From contig PDIP01000034.1 in assembly GCA_002811645.1 (NCBI GenBank), forward strand, positions 1 to 64,000: a stretch of DNA of 64,000 nt, written 5' to 3'. Source of the stretch: Corallochytrium limacisporum Hawaii (lineage: Eukaryota > Protista > Pluriformea). The notes below the pieces were generated by a model that was not told the origin of the DNA, ran no database searches, and saw nothing but the letters and a program-made list of their open reading frames with translations. The position numbers and the translations under genes were made by a program. Shown here piece by piece: positions 1-11,663 of the stretch (positions are counted from its first letter, which is position 1; each line of letters opens with the position of its first letter).

Positions 1-1340
1 GACCACAGCAGAAGGATAGAGGAGGAGGAGGAAGAGGGAGGAGTAGGAAGAGGAGGAGAGCTTCCGTCAGTTTTCTCCTTTCTCTTCTTCCTTTATACTC
101 TGCACATGAGGTACACCTTGGGTGCTGCTGCAAACCAGAGCCATACCTGGGGCTGGGAAGTCTCCAGGTCTCTCGAGCTGCGGAGGCGCGCCCCAGGTTT
201 CCCTTTCCCCCCCCCCCCTTTCTCCCTCGCCTTTCTCCCTTCTTGCCCCGGCCCTTTTGGCCTCTCCCCACTCTCCACGCAATCTTAGGAAGTTCGCTCA
301 AAACGGGTTTTTTTCTTTATTAATATCTTCGTGTGTTCTCTAAGGTCGAAGGCAAATTGGGGCCCATGTCTCTCAACGGACAGCACTCACCTGACTTCCC
401 AGGATGGCTTAAAGGTCTGTAATTAGTTCCGCCCGTGAGTCCCTTGGCCCTCCTGGCAAGGATATCACGCAAGGACACATATAAAACGACTAAATTTTGA
501 AGCTCAGGTCGAGAAGTACTGCCAAAACGCAGGACGTGTATGCGTCAGCTTCGGTTGAGAAATTGGGCAGCTGTAACCTACGCAATCGCGTTGGGAAGCG
601 GCAGACACCTTTGAAGACCGGGCTCGAGAATAGGCTCAGTGTCGAACAAGTGGAGCGCCAGAAATGAAGGGTTCGTCTTCGACCCCGGCTATCGCATTCT
701 AGAAGATCTCATTTGTAATCGGAGCCCGGACGACGACCGCCATAACTGCAGTGTTGAACAGTGAAAAGTAAGGGTAGTCCGAACGGATATCGTCCTTGTG
801 GTCGCCTGTTGTTGACAGAGCACGGGCGGTTTGTACCGCACTCCGGGGTAGTCCGAGTTGGGGTTCGGTGGAAATCTCTAAATCAGTATTCACTGTTTCT
901 ATAATGAATGAACCGAGCTCCTACAAATGAATTTTTGTCCTACCTGCTTTGGAATGCGGGACCTGTCTCAGCGGTGCGTAGGGTCGAGCGTAATTCGTGA
1001 TATCCATAGCACACACTGCTGCCATACATAAGTGCCACCAGCATCAAAACAGGTCACGATGTCGCATCTGGACTCGAAGGAAAGGAGTTGTTGAGGCAAC
1101 AGGAGACTGATGCACACTCAGTGTCAGGGTGGCACGTCAGGAGACTGCAAGAAGTAATAACAATAGAATTTCTTGCTTTGTATTGCTTATCGATACCATG
1201 GACATGCTGCTGTAGTAAACAACGAAGTGCTATGCAGTACATAGGTATTCAAGATCGTCGTGATGGAAGACTATGCTCCCCAGAACGTGAATGATCAAGA
1301 TCGAGCCGGCGAATTCTAGTGTTACGAAGATCGAACAAAA

Positions 1341-2684
1341 ATGTTGGACTTTTATCGAGCCCCTTCAATGGGCCCAAATGTTGCAAAATATATTGATCAA
1401 ACCCGGAAATGGGACATTGAGTACAACTACCACTTGAAATTTGAAGAAGCCACTTCCAAACTTTCGAATCACATGACACACAACTTCGTAGTGTTGGGCT
1501 CAACGGGTGCGACGGATGCGAAACTGCAATGGTGGCAAGATACATACCTTAGCCTACACGGAAGCGTTCCCGAAGGATCAGACTCTCTGCCTCCCAGACG
1601 CCTTGAAGACCCAGATGGTTTAGTAATCGATACGAGCAACTGGAAGTCTCACATTCAGTCCACCTGTAGGAATTTCCCGGCGTTTGCCAAGTACTTTGAC
1701 AATCAGATCAAGACAAGAGGCATTTCCAAGACTATTGAAGCCCATGCACCCGCTCTCCTTCCTGGGTTAGTGGGAGCGGCTGTTCATCCTATCATTCACA
1801 CCGGCTTCGGTGCGGATGCCCAGAGCCAAACTATGGTTGCTGACGGACTGGCATACATGTCCACTAGATTCCAGAGCATCTGCACTGAGGCGCCCCACAA
1901 ACCACCGCAGCCCTTGTGGCAACTTGGAGGATCAGGTGTGATCGATGCCTCTGTTCGGTTTTTGGAGAAAGCGCGCAAGGCAGACCTGCCCAAACGTACA
2001 GCAGACTGGCAGATTGAGACATACAAGAAGGGACGGAACCTAAACACAACAATTCAGGCCCGGGTAGCAGCCACTAACCAACCTGAACTTCCGTTCGGGG
2101 AGTTGATTAATGGCATGGGTCCGCTTATGCTCGGAGAGTCACTGTTCTCTGCGGTAGAAGAATCGGTTGTGTTGTTATCTGCAAACCTGCTAGAATCAGA
2201 TAACGAATTCTTTGTGATCCATGGACTTAACAGTTTGCATGCGATCTTGTGCCTCATGCCCCATCTTCATGACGAAGAGTCCCAGAGCTTGGCGTTAACT
2301 CATTGGTGGCGAGGTATCATGGCAGTCTTGATAGCGCAAAACATGCCTGGGCTGTCCAAGACCCAGGAGCGCCTGGCAGAGTGGAAACGGGTGCGAGAGA
2401 TGGACACTGCAGGCTCTATCCCGAAGGTTTTGAATGAAAAGGATCATGAGTGGTGGACGGCTGTCCTGAAGAGAAGTCTTGATAGTCGTGATGAACACAT
2501 TCCCAAGGCGGTCTATGCTCTGTCAAGGTGGGCTGCCTTTGAGTGTTTTTCCAGTCCAACTGTGGAGCTCTTCCGCAAAGCTGCAGAGAACGCTGTGAAA
2601 CCAGACCCTGCTGGTAAAGGCGTGCACAACAATTTGTGGATTTCTTTGGGATACTATGATGAGGGTCACAATGGCGTGTACTGA
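1341..2684 (+). CDS. Questin oxidase-like / AflY (HypA)-family oxidoreductase
   Basis: 447-aa ORF with A-rich start context (caaaaATG). Motifs match my recollection of this family: SNHMTH near the N-terminus, GAAVHPIIHTGFG...ADGLAY, FFVIHGLNSLHA and C-terminal DEHIPKAV. Confidence 0.75.
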   Translation: MLDFYRAPSMGPNVAKYIDQTRKWDIEYNYHLKFEEATSKLSNHMTHNFVVLGSTGATDAKLQWWQDTYLSLHGSVPEGSDSLPPRRLEDPDGLVIDTSNWKSHIQSTCRNFPAFAKYFDNQIKTRGISKTIEAHAPALLPGLVGAAVHPIIHTGFGADAQSQTMVADGLAYMSTRFQSICTEAPHKPPQPLWQLGGSGVIDASVRFLEKARKADLPKRTADWQIETYKKGRNLNTTIQARVAATNQPELPFGELINGMGPLMLGESLFSAVEESVVLLSANLLESDNEFFVIHGLNSLHAILCLMPHLHDEESQSLALTHWWRGIMAVLIAQNMPGLSKTQERLAEWKRVREMDTAGSIPKVLNEKDHEWWTAVLKRSLDSRDEHIPKAVYALSRWAAFECFSSPTVELFRKAAENAVKPDPAGKGVHNNLWISLGYYDEGHNGVY

Positions 2685-3107
2685 AAATGGATTATGCAGG
2701 CTCCTGGCGCTGGTTCGCGATTGATGATGTTGGTGGGTCAGTCGAGGACTGCATCCGGCAACAGCCCAAGGGACCATTGGTAAGCGTTGATTGTCGACGG
2801 ATGAGGTTGCTCTACCGAATTGTTTTCGAAGCCTTGGCGCAGGGTACCGTTTCGGCAGGGTACAGAAAGAGAACGCACGACTGCGGCCTCCCGAGCATGG
2901 ATTTTTTCTTGATATGCAGTTATATAGTCTTATATTTATGGTGTTGCGAATGGAATAAGATGATCGGAGACATGGATGACAAAAGTGAGATGTTTTGTGA
3001 CACTTGCAGACAGTCAGTTCAGACCGTAAAGAACCTTAATTTAATTGTCCAATTGGGAAAGTTTTTGAGACCCAATAGAACCCTCCAGGGTCATCTAAGC
3101 TGCCGAT

Positions 3108-3563
3108 TTAGTAGATGCCGCCGCCTTCCGAGGCTTCATCATACTCACCGAATGAGTCGGTGTCATTCTCATTGAGTGATTCGCTCCCAACACTGCCAGA
3201 CGCGACACTGCGCCAGTCGTCACTGCCGGACACGACACTGTGCTGGTCTTCACTGCCAAAACCAGACCCATTGTCCGCGGACGGTGGCGCTTCAATATCG
3301 GAGTCCTCGGGGGAAGCAGACTTCTGCTCACGCCGCCTGTTATACACTACCCCACCAATAAGCAGTCCGACCCCAGCTACAGAGCCACAAACAGCCCCCA
3401 CGATCAGTCCAGCATCAGTACAGTCTGAGCCACCGTTTGTGCTTTGGCTGTCCCCGACATCAGGAACGTCACTACGCGGTCCAATACAAAACATACAACG
3501 ATTGGCAATTTGGACTTCGAACACACCTCGAGAGTCACGGCTTTGATATTTGCACCCATTCTT
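3108..3563 (-). pseudogene. Single-pass membrane protein fragment or small type III membrane protein (5' end unresolved)
   Basis: Open frame encodes a TM helix (GLIVGAVCGSVAGVGLLIGGVVY), a basic stop-transfer (NRRREQK) and an acidic Ser-rich tail. An in-frame TAG lies at 3564-3566 and the first in-frame ATG is at 3494. No signal peptide. Confidence 0.4.
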
Positions 3564-6091
3564 CTACATGAAACCCAGGGTCAAGAGAAAGTACATTATA
3601 GAGGTATCGCTGTTCATGCCAGGGTGACCACATTCCGCGGCGCGCAACAAGCGGCATCCTGTACGATCCCATCGTACATTGCCTTTGGAGGAGGAGGCCA
3701 CTGTATAGGACTGTTAACCTCACCACGGGGTACCGTGGACTCGTTTGTAACGTATCAGATCAGGATGTTATCTGGGGATGTGGCCTCTGGGTTCTCGAGA
3801 AGTAGGGTTCTCATTCGTCCCCTTCTGTCCTTTGCGAGTCGCAGATGGAGCTGAGCCAAAATTGATCATCGCTAGTATATCCAGTCCTCGGAAGGATTTT
3901 GGAAGTAAAGGCTCCCCCGGGCCGGGGCCTTAGTCACTCTATTGATATACCTTTAAATGGAACCTTTGAAAATGCAGATGGTGGTAGCGAAACATGGTAT
4001 CGACCCCCACTTCTAGATGACCTGGGTGGCCGGGGGCCAGGCAGTGTGACAATGCGATGATTTGAGGCGGCACTGATTGTGATAAGTCTAATAAGATGCT
4101 CCTGATGGGTCATGCACGAGTTTTGGCTCAGGGCACGGTTCCTTGCAGGGGTGCCCGGGAACATTTACACAAACAGTTCACTGCGAAACAGTATGGCAAT
4201 TTCACTTGTGCCAATTGCATTTGCCGCAGAGTGTGCCCACTCATTTGCATTCACGTTTATCGCCATCCCGGTGCATTTGGACATCAGCAAGTGAACTGAC
4301 ACTTGCCACGGACCCAACGGAGTAGGTTCGCGGTCCCATTTGTGTTGCCCAAAGCCAATCGTCGCCCGCAAATCCTCGCACTCGGTTGTTGCGCCAGACT
4401 GTTTTTTTTGGGGGGGGGGGCACGGCACAAAACCCAGGACCCCACTCAGAAACTATCCCCATTCGTCTGCGGTTGTTCAAGAGCGAGAGAGACGCTTCTG
4501 CGTTCGTTCGACCTCCGTTCTTTCGCTCTTGGACTTTGCCAAAACAAGGCAAACAGTGGCCGAATTGACGAAATGGAAGGGGGGATGTGACACCAAAGCA
4601 TTTCGGGAACCAGGACAAATGCCAAAAAAAATAAGGGGCCCACAACATGAAGCAAGGGCGAAACTTGTGCTGCCGCCGCGCGACAGAACCCTACGCGTCG
4701 CATTGAGCGGCGCTGGGTGGTACGGCAGGTCGGTGAGTGCGATCCGGGTATGCATGCGGTTTCCGCTTCATCGTGGTGCGGTATCTTTGAAACTGTGGTG
4801 AAGACGGTGGATGGTCGAAGATGGCACATCACTGTTACGTAGAGCTTGTATATCTGCCATCCTACCTTGGTTGGCCTTGTTTAAGGTGGCCCCGGTATAT
4901 AGAGAATATACAGTATTCTATTGTGGTCGGTTCGGGTTTCGATCGCATACTAAAACAGGGCACTTGTGTGTAGGCATCCCAGGGGCGGAATGTGGGTGAG
5001 GCCAAAACAACCGGGTGGAAGTGTGCGATACGTAACGGACATTTTGTAAACACAGCCTCAGCATGATGACACCACCCACGCTCCAGTAGCTTCATACCTT
5101 CGCTACACAAAGACCGGGCGATAAGTTACCTCCTGTTTCAAACGCACCACCGATCACTCTTCCGGTGCAAAGATAACCGGACATTCTTAGGTTTTGTTTG
5201 TTCATTCTTGGACCAGCTAGCGCGGGCCAAGGTGCCCTGCCCGGGTATACTTCTTGTGATGCAACGTGCCAGACTGAGATCAATAGGACATTAATTCTGG
5301 GCAGGTGGCCAGGATGGACGAGTGTTGATATCATAGTAATTGGTTCAGGTTAACCCTACTTAGTGGGAATTTGTTCTGTCACGGTACCCCTCCCTTCTGC
5401 TTGTTTCCTTTCCTCCCAGATGGCTGATTCGCCGCCCATTACGTTGTGCAGTGCATATTATTAAGAATGTTACTATTTTCACACTCCCACCACTTGCCAC
5501 ACCGTCTGGATTCCGCCCTCCCCCCACCCGACCGCGCGCTTTACCGGGGCAAGTTTCCTCCACAGTCCCACACGGCACAACACAAAAAGCACGCGAGCGC
5601 CGCGCAGTGACCAGGATGCGTCTATACCAGAGTGAGGATTGAAAGGAAGTCGGCACCATCCGGACCATGCTACGTAGTGTGTGCGTCTCTTCCGAGATGG
5701 ATGACTCCCAGAAGGTGTTCGTCATCGGGGGACTGCTACGCGAAGAGTGGGAAGGGCTTGCACAAAATATCCTAGGTGTTTTTCGCTTGTACTACCGCCC
5801 ACATGTTACCATTTTTTGACTCTCTTCATTTTCATCCGGCGCTTTTGAAGCGGTGGCTTTTTGGAAGTATAAAACTTGGTCGGTGGTGAAGTGCCGCAGC
5901 AAAAAGAGAAAGTGGCTGGTGGGGGGGAGGGGAAAGTGTCCGCTGATTTGGTGTGGCGGGCAGGCAGTGCTGGCCCGTTTACGTGTGTTTCATTTTCGGT
6001 GAGCAAAAGCCCGCGCGATTCGTCATTTTTTGGTGCGAAGAGGGAAGCGAGACAGAGGGACAGAGAGACAGAGAGACACCCCCCCGGGGGG

Positions 6092-6287
6092 NNNNNNNNN
6101 NNNNNNNNNNNNNNNNNNNNNNNNNNNNNNNNNNNNNNNNNNNNNNNNNNNNNNNNNNNNNNNNNNNNNNNNNNNNNNNNNNNNNNNNNNNNNNNNNNNN
6201 NNNNNNNNNNNNNNNNNNNNNNNNNNNNNNNNNNNNNNNNNNNNNNNNNNNNNNNNNNNNNNNNNNNNNNNNNNNNNNNNNNNNNNN
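6092..6287. other. Assembly gap (N run)
   Basis: Run of N, flanked by C7G6 on the left and G-rich sequence on the right. Confidence 0.99.
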
Positions 6288-7108
6288 GGAGGGATGGTGT
6301 TTGGAAGAAAAGGGGGAGGGGGAGGGGGAGAAAAGGGAAGGGAAGGGGGCACCAGACGAATATTATTCTTGCGAACGAACGGTCCCTTTTCGCACACCGC
6401 AGAAAAGGAAAAAAATGGAAACCAAAAAGAAACCACCACCGCTACTGCACTGATGGTGTCAGGGGCTCGGAAGCAAGATAAAAAATTTCACAATTCACTT
6501 GCGCTAATTCTGATACTGCGTGTTCATCTGCGTGTTATGTACGAGTACCAGGTGGACCATTTTTTGCCCAAATGTGACCCTTCGCCCGAGTCGCACATTT
6601 CTCAGGTGGAGCCAATTTATTTGGTGTGCGGGCCCATCCGTAGATGACCGTAACATCGTATCAACTGGGAAATGGACGTGCGGGAAGGGAGTTCAGGAGC
6701 ATAGAAAATCTATAGCCGCCGGGGCCAGCGGTGGGGAGGACTATGCTGCCGACGGTGTCTGGAAACCCACTTGTGCGACCCAACTTTGGTCGCCTATGTG
6801 GACGCAGCGAAACCGGATCTTCCAGTCATGCTTTGATCCCATTCCTTGATAAACAGACCTTCACGTCAAAATGAAATTGTTTATGGATAGCATGTCATTC
6901 AATAAAGCACCCGTTAATGGTATTAGAGAATACAGATCCAGTCATGTATGGGGAGGAGAAAGGCCACTGTAGAACGGCAAAATGGGGTGGATTTGCAGGG
7001 AATTTTCAACAGATAGGCTGATGACATAATGTAGTAATGAAGAATTGCATTTTAACAGTCACAAGGCGTGTTACGGGTTGATACATCGAGTGCGCGAAGA
7101 ACTTAGCA

Positions 7109-10054
7109 ATGATCGTGCACTTGCTTCTCGCGTTGGTGGCCTCGGCTGGCGCTCAGACACCTACATGTGTCTCTTTGAATTTAGACAGTGACGAAGCTTG
7201 CCAGGCAGCAGGCTCTGCCAAGTACACAGGTCAGATTGAGTGTGGCTATGGAGGCAACGAGGTAGACTGCTCTATTGATCAATGCTGCCGACCCTACAGA
7301 ACTTGCGCTAGCCTCGGTCTCTACGATGACAGAACCTGTCAGGCGGGAAAGGATGACATGCTAGCATACACGGGATTGCTGTCCTGTGGCGCTCGCGATT
7401 GTGAATTTGCTGACTGTTGCTTCACCGGCACCACCTGTGTCAGTCTGGGACTGGTCTCGGACGAAGCCTGTGCAGCACGCGGCTTTGGTGCGTACGCTGA
7501 CGTAGTCATCTGCGAGGACGGTCGTAACTGCGAAGAAAGCGACTGCTGCTATTCCGCCATGACCTGCGGAGAAGCGGGCTTCCGGTCAGATGAGAGTTGT
7601 TCCGGTGCAGGTTTTGACTTTATTCTTGACCCTGAGGGACCATGCTTGGGTGAATGTACCGCAGATCAGTGCTGTGGTCGACTGGCTGGCTGCGCGCGTT
7701 CGAAGCTTGTCGATGACATCGCCTGCGCAATTGTTCCAGATGCAGATTATGACCAACTGGTAGAAGGGGCCGCTGAACTTGAGTGTGGCGATGAAGGCTG
7801 CTCCGCTGAGCAGTGCTGCCGTAAGTCCATTGGCTGTGCCGATCTGGGCTTCACGGACGATGCTACGTGCAATACGGCCTCTGAAGGCCAGTTGCCGTTC
7901 TTGACCGACCCGGAAACCCTGAACTGCGGTCCCGGTCGCCCAATGGACTGTGTGCTGGGGCAATGTTGTCGACGGGCGGCCACTTGCTCAGAGGCTGGCC
8001 TGCAGACCAATGAGGATTGTGCCGCCATTGACCGTGCCACGATTCTCCTAAACGGAGGTGGTGATCGCCCGTGCTCAGATCCTCTGGGAGTGGGATGTGT
8101 CGTGGGGGACTGCTGTAGTGTTCCCAAGACATGTGCCATGCGAGGACTGACCACGGATGAAGAGTGCCAGAACGAGGCTAGCGCTGATTTTATTGTTGTT
8201 TCTGCCGATCGCAGTGACGTCGACAAACTCTGTGGACCGAACATGGAGTTTGCCTGTGCTCCGGAGGACTGCTGCTCTTCCACAGTGACCTGTGAGGAGA
8301 GCGGATTTGTCTCGGACAGCAATTGCCAGGCCGTGGACGGGTTCGAGCGACTCCTAGACGAGCAGCCCGCGGCGTGCAGCCCGGGAAAGATGTGCAGTGC
8401 GCAAGAGTGCTGTGCGGATAACACAGTTCTGGTTGAGGGTGGCGTCAACACGGTTGGTACAAGCCATAATCTACCACCTAGCGGCACTGAGGAATCCGTA
8501 AAACTCCTAGTCGCAGGCGTTGCGGTGTGCTGCTTGACAATTTCAACAGGGCTTACCATGATTTTCAACAGTTTCGGGGGACTTCATTGGACGCGTAATC
8601 TTGCGGATGCAGGGATGGACTGCCTGCTGGCCATGCATGCACGCTATCACTTGCTACTGGCAGAAGCACTGCTGGCGGTTGGCTTCTTCTTTCTGAACCG
8701 TGACATGAGTGGCTACAGCGTTCATCCGCCCTGTGACGTTACGGGTGCACTGTGGCAGGTGTCCTTGTATCTCTTGGTTATGGTGGTCATCTACCTTATG
8801 ATTCGCATGCGCTACATGCTTCGATGGGAGCTCAGCGTGGCCCTTGATGACAAGCGGGCTGAGCTTTGGGTCGGCCACTTCCCCGTTATCTCGCACGAAC
8901 CTGTGGACCTTGATGACGGTAGTGGTATGCGCGTCGTCCCCGGCCTCGGGACGACTGCTGCCCACGAGCCCTGGCTTCTGCACCGCCGAGAGGAGCGCCA
9001 TCGTGCGTGGAACTGGAACAAGAACCTCGTATCCATGTTTTTGTGTCTGACGTGGGCCCTGGTCATTGCCCTGTTCGTAGTCATCTGGCTTGTCGGGACC
9101 ACAGCAGAGGAGACCGGCGATGGCCTCTACTGCCTCTACCTCGACACAGACTACGTGTATCTCACCATGCTAGTGCCCCTAGCTGCAGCGTTCCTGATCT
9201 GCCTGGGCCTGCTTGTGGTGAATGGTAAGCTCCTGACTTCCTTCTGTCTGCAGGCGGATGCGGAACAACGCACCAATAGCATCCGGCGCGGCTACGTGTT
9301 TGAATACGTGACTGAAGTTGTTGGCGCGTTCGCCATCCTGCTCTACGCCCTGATTGTCTTGGACATGGCCAACAGTGTAGCCATCGCGGTCATAGTGGCG
9401 GCTGTGATAATGCTGGTATTGTTGTTTGTCATGGTGCTCCGCATGGCAGCAATTTGGGACGGCATGGTCTTCGGTTTATTCAAGTTCCCCTGCGAGTATT
9501 TGGGTCAGCTGCGTAAAGTCTCCTGGCACCCGTCGAAAAACGACATGGTGGAACGCTCTTCGAGTGAAATGCCGACTTCCAGCGCCACAGGCACGGTAGA
9601 AACGTACGTTTTGCACGGAAGTTTTACTAGCGACAGTGATAATAGCAGTTCCGCAGCTGGTGATCTGGCTCGTGCTGCGAGGGATAGTCAGGAAGTGCAC
9701 GATGCCTACATCAACATTGACGAGGTGCAGACGTCCGTAGAGGATGACTACATGGAACCTGTGAAGATGAAGAAGGCGGCCGTTGCACGGCCTACTCCGG
9801 AGGAAAGTTACGCCCACGACATGCTGCTTGGACTCCGCAGTACCACCTCGCACCAGAGTTTGGAATGCAGTGGTGCCGGCATGACTCGCAACACTCTACA
9901 GGTGGAAATTGAGAACTCGCGTCGCTCCATCGGTGGCACGCCACAGGTCCCGGCGTACCTGGCGCTACCGGCTCATTTGGAAGATGACGAGCTGACCGAG
10001 ACGGAGACCATGACCACCATCACCGTAGCAGACGATCCTTACGAACGTGATTAA
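7109..10054 (+). CDS. 7-TM GPCR-like receptor with Cys-rich repeat ectodomain
   Basis: Signal peptide MIVHLLLALVASAGA, then nine repeats of pattern C-x10-C-..-C-..-C-x4-CC, then seven hydrophobic segments. Cys at the top of TM3 (PPCDVTGALW), Trp in TM4, YCLY in ECL2 and Pro in TM5. Ser/acidic cytoplasmic tail. Confidence 0.75.
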   Translation: MIVHLLLALVASAGAQTPTCVSLNLDSDEACQAAGSAKYTGQIECGYGGNEVDCSIDQCCRPYRTCASLGLYDDRTCQAGKDDMLAYTGLLSCGARDCEFADCCFTGTTCVSLGLVSDEACAARGFGAYADVVICEDGRNCEESDCCYSAMTCGEAGFRSDESCSGAGFDFILDPEGPCLGECTADQCCGRLAGCARSKLVDDIACAIVPDADYDQLVEGAAELECGDEGCSAEQCCRKSIGCADLGFTDDATCNTASEGQLPFLTDPETLNCGPGRPMDCVLGQCCRRAATCSEAGLQTNEDCAAIDRATILLNGGGDRPCSDPLGVGCVVGDCCSVPKTCAMRGLTTDEECQNEASADFIVVSADRSDVDKLCGPNMEFACAPEDCCSSTVTCEESGFVSDSNCQAVDGFERLLDEQPAACSPGKMCSAQECCADNTVLVEGGVNTVGTSHNLPPSGTEESVKLLVAGVAVCCLTISTGLTMIFNSFGGLHWTRNLADAGMDCLLAMHARYHLLLAEALLAVGFFFLNRDMSGYSVHPPCDVTGALWQVSLYLLVMVVIYLMIRMRYMLRWELSVALDDKRAELWVGHFPVISHEPVDLDDGSGMRVVPGLGTTAAHEPWLLHRREERHRAWNWNKNLVSMFLCLTWALVIALFVVIWLVGTTAEETGDGLYCLYLDTDYVYLTMLVPLAAAFLICLGLLVVNGKLLTSFCLQADAEQRTNSIRRGYVFEYVTEVVGAFAILLYALIVLDMANSVAIAVIVAAVIMLVLLFVMVLRMAAIWDGMVFGLFKFPCEYLGQLRKVSWHPSKNDMVERSSSEMPTSSATGTVETYVLHGSFTSDSDNSSSAAGDLARAARDSQEVHDAYINIDEVQTSVEDDYMEPVKMKKAAVARPTPEESYAHDMLLGLRSTTSHQSLECSGAGMTRNTLQVEIENSRRSIGGTPQVPAYLALPAHLEDDELTETETMTTITVADDPYERD

Positions 10055-11438
10055 GCAAACACGCGTGTCACGATCTCGCAAACCATCTTCGCTTATGCTA
10101 ACCAACCAAAACTAGAATTAGATGATCTTTCTTTGAGTTCGCAATGTTACAATACCCGTTTTGGATCTCTGCTTCAGAGCGCAACCCTGAGCGCTGCTCT
10201 GCGCACCCGTGGCACCACGGACTGCTGCGCAGTGACCCCGTCCTGCCCTTTCCCTTATGGCCTGCTGCAAACCCTCTTCTTCTTTCCCCAGCCCCCGGCC
10301 TGGGGGGTGGTACGCGAGGCGCAGTGATCAATAAAACACGTCACCGTTTTGTTGCCAAAGTAGCGGCGGAAAATATAAATATCCGGATCAACTGTGAAAG
10401 TATAACGGGGACCCAATTCCAAAAGCAAATGGACTCCTGCTCGGAGGCGAGCGCGACTCAGCTGTGAAAACATATTTGTGGGAGGCCGGATCCTTCACCC
10501 TGTTCCTCATCATCATCACCATCATCATCGGCTTAGGGTTTCCTGTTCTGCAAAACTCATATTATTGATGATCTCCACGGTGTCCTCTGCTGAGAATCAG
10601 GGCAATTGACCGTTTCCCTAGTACGCCATAGCACAGTACTGCATGCCTTTTTCTGATGCGCTTCGTTCTCTTGCAATGGCGCCATGCACCAATACCGGGT
10701 CGGTACCAGTATTGGGTCGTACCCGTGCGTATTCGTTGCCCTTCGCGAGATCTCCCAGCTGTCTATATGTCTCAGGCTTAGAACCTGAAGATATACTACG
10801 GACGGTGAGGGTACAAGGTACATAAAGCAGCCGTGACTCCTGCCCCTTGCGGTAACCAGAGGGACTGCGATGAAGACATTTCTTTCGCCCACGGACACTG
10901 GGTTGAGCACTTTCGCCCACTCGCTGTTGAGTACATGGCCTCACCACTCATTTCCAAGGCCAAATCCAAGAAAATCTTTTGCACAACGAACCTACCAAAC
11001 ACGATCTACGATTGAGTACGAATACGCCTTCGAAGGAGGGCATGCCAGTGACATCAACGTTGACTGCACAACTGTCACTGCTATTCAATACATTCTTGGA
11101 AGAAAGTGATGAGGTCCGTATAGTGGTCCCCATTGAATATGACCGCTCCCTGCAGCTCCACACGATTCACACGCAGTTGTGCTCGTCATCACCTATGTCA
11201 ATTCCACAGATCACTAGCTATTGCAAACTGTCACCATGTCGAACAGTTCGGTGGTGCATAAGAATTAAAGCGCACAGCAATAACCACCACGGTCCTAATC
11301 CAGTTGATTCCCCAATAGCTCCTGCCCTGAGTTATGATCTACCGGTAGTGTTCCGCTTGAACATGAGTGTACGGAGCTTTGATCTTTTCAGTCTATGGCA
11401 CTGCGATGTCGTCCACATGTCTTCTTGTCTGTGTCTCC

Positions 11439-11441
<3 letters not shown>

Positions 11442-11485
<44 letters not shown>

Positions 11486-11632
11486 GTGTGTGTGTGTGTG
11501 TGTCACCGTGTCGCACACATCTCTCGCGCATTTGGAAGTAATTGCGTAGACCCCAACAAAAACTGCGTATGGAATTTGTACCAGGTTGAGTTGTTCACGG
11601 AAACGCCGATCGTACCTACCTGCAAAACACAC

Positions 11633-11661
<29 letters not shown>
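11442..11661. repeat. Compound microsatellite (CT)n-(GT)n followed by an (AC)n tract
   Basis: Directly visible: CT run about 11442-11485, GT run to about 11503, AC run about 11635-11661. Confidence 0.95.

Positions 11662-11663
<2 letters not shown>

Noticed and set aside
2687-3175. 162-aa ORF starting 2 nt after the questin-oxidase stop
   Set aside because: No recognisable domain; it runs through AT-rich 3' UTR-like sequence and overlaps a better - strand frame.
5876-6647. ORF-track entries spanning N gaps or microsatellites (also at 15.0, 19.4, 29.2, 32.5-37.6 and 11.0-11.8 kb)
   Set aside because: They are open only because of N runs or simple repeats; no protein-like content.
6540-6650. 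QVDHFLPK, resembling an HNH motif
   Set aside because: The remaining HNH residues and a credible ORF are missing.
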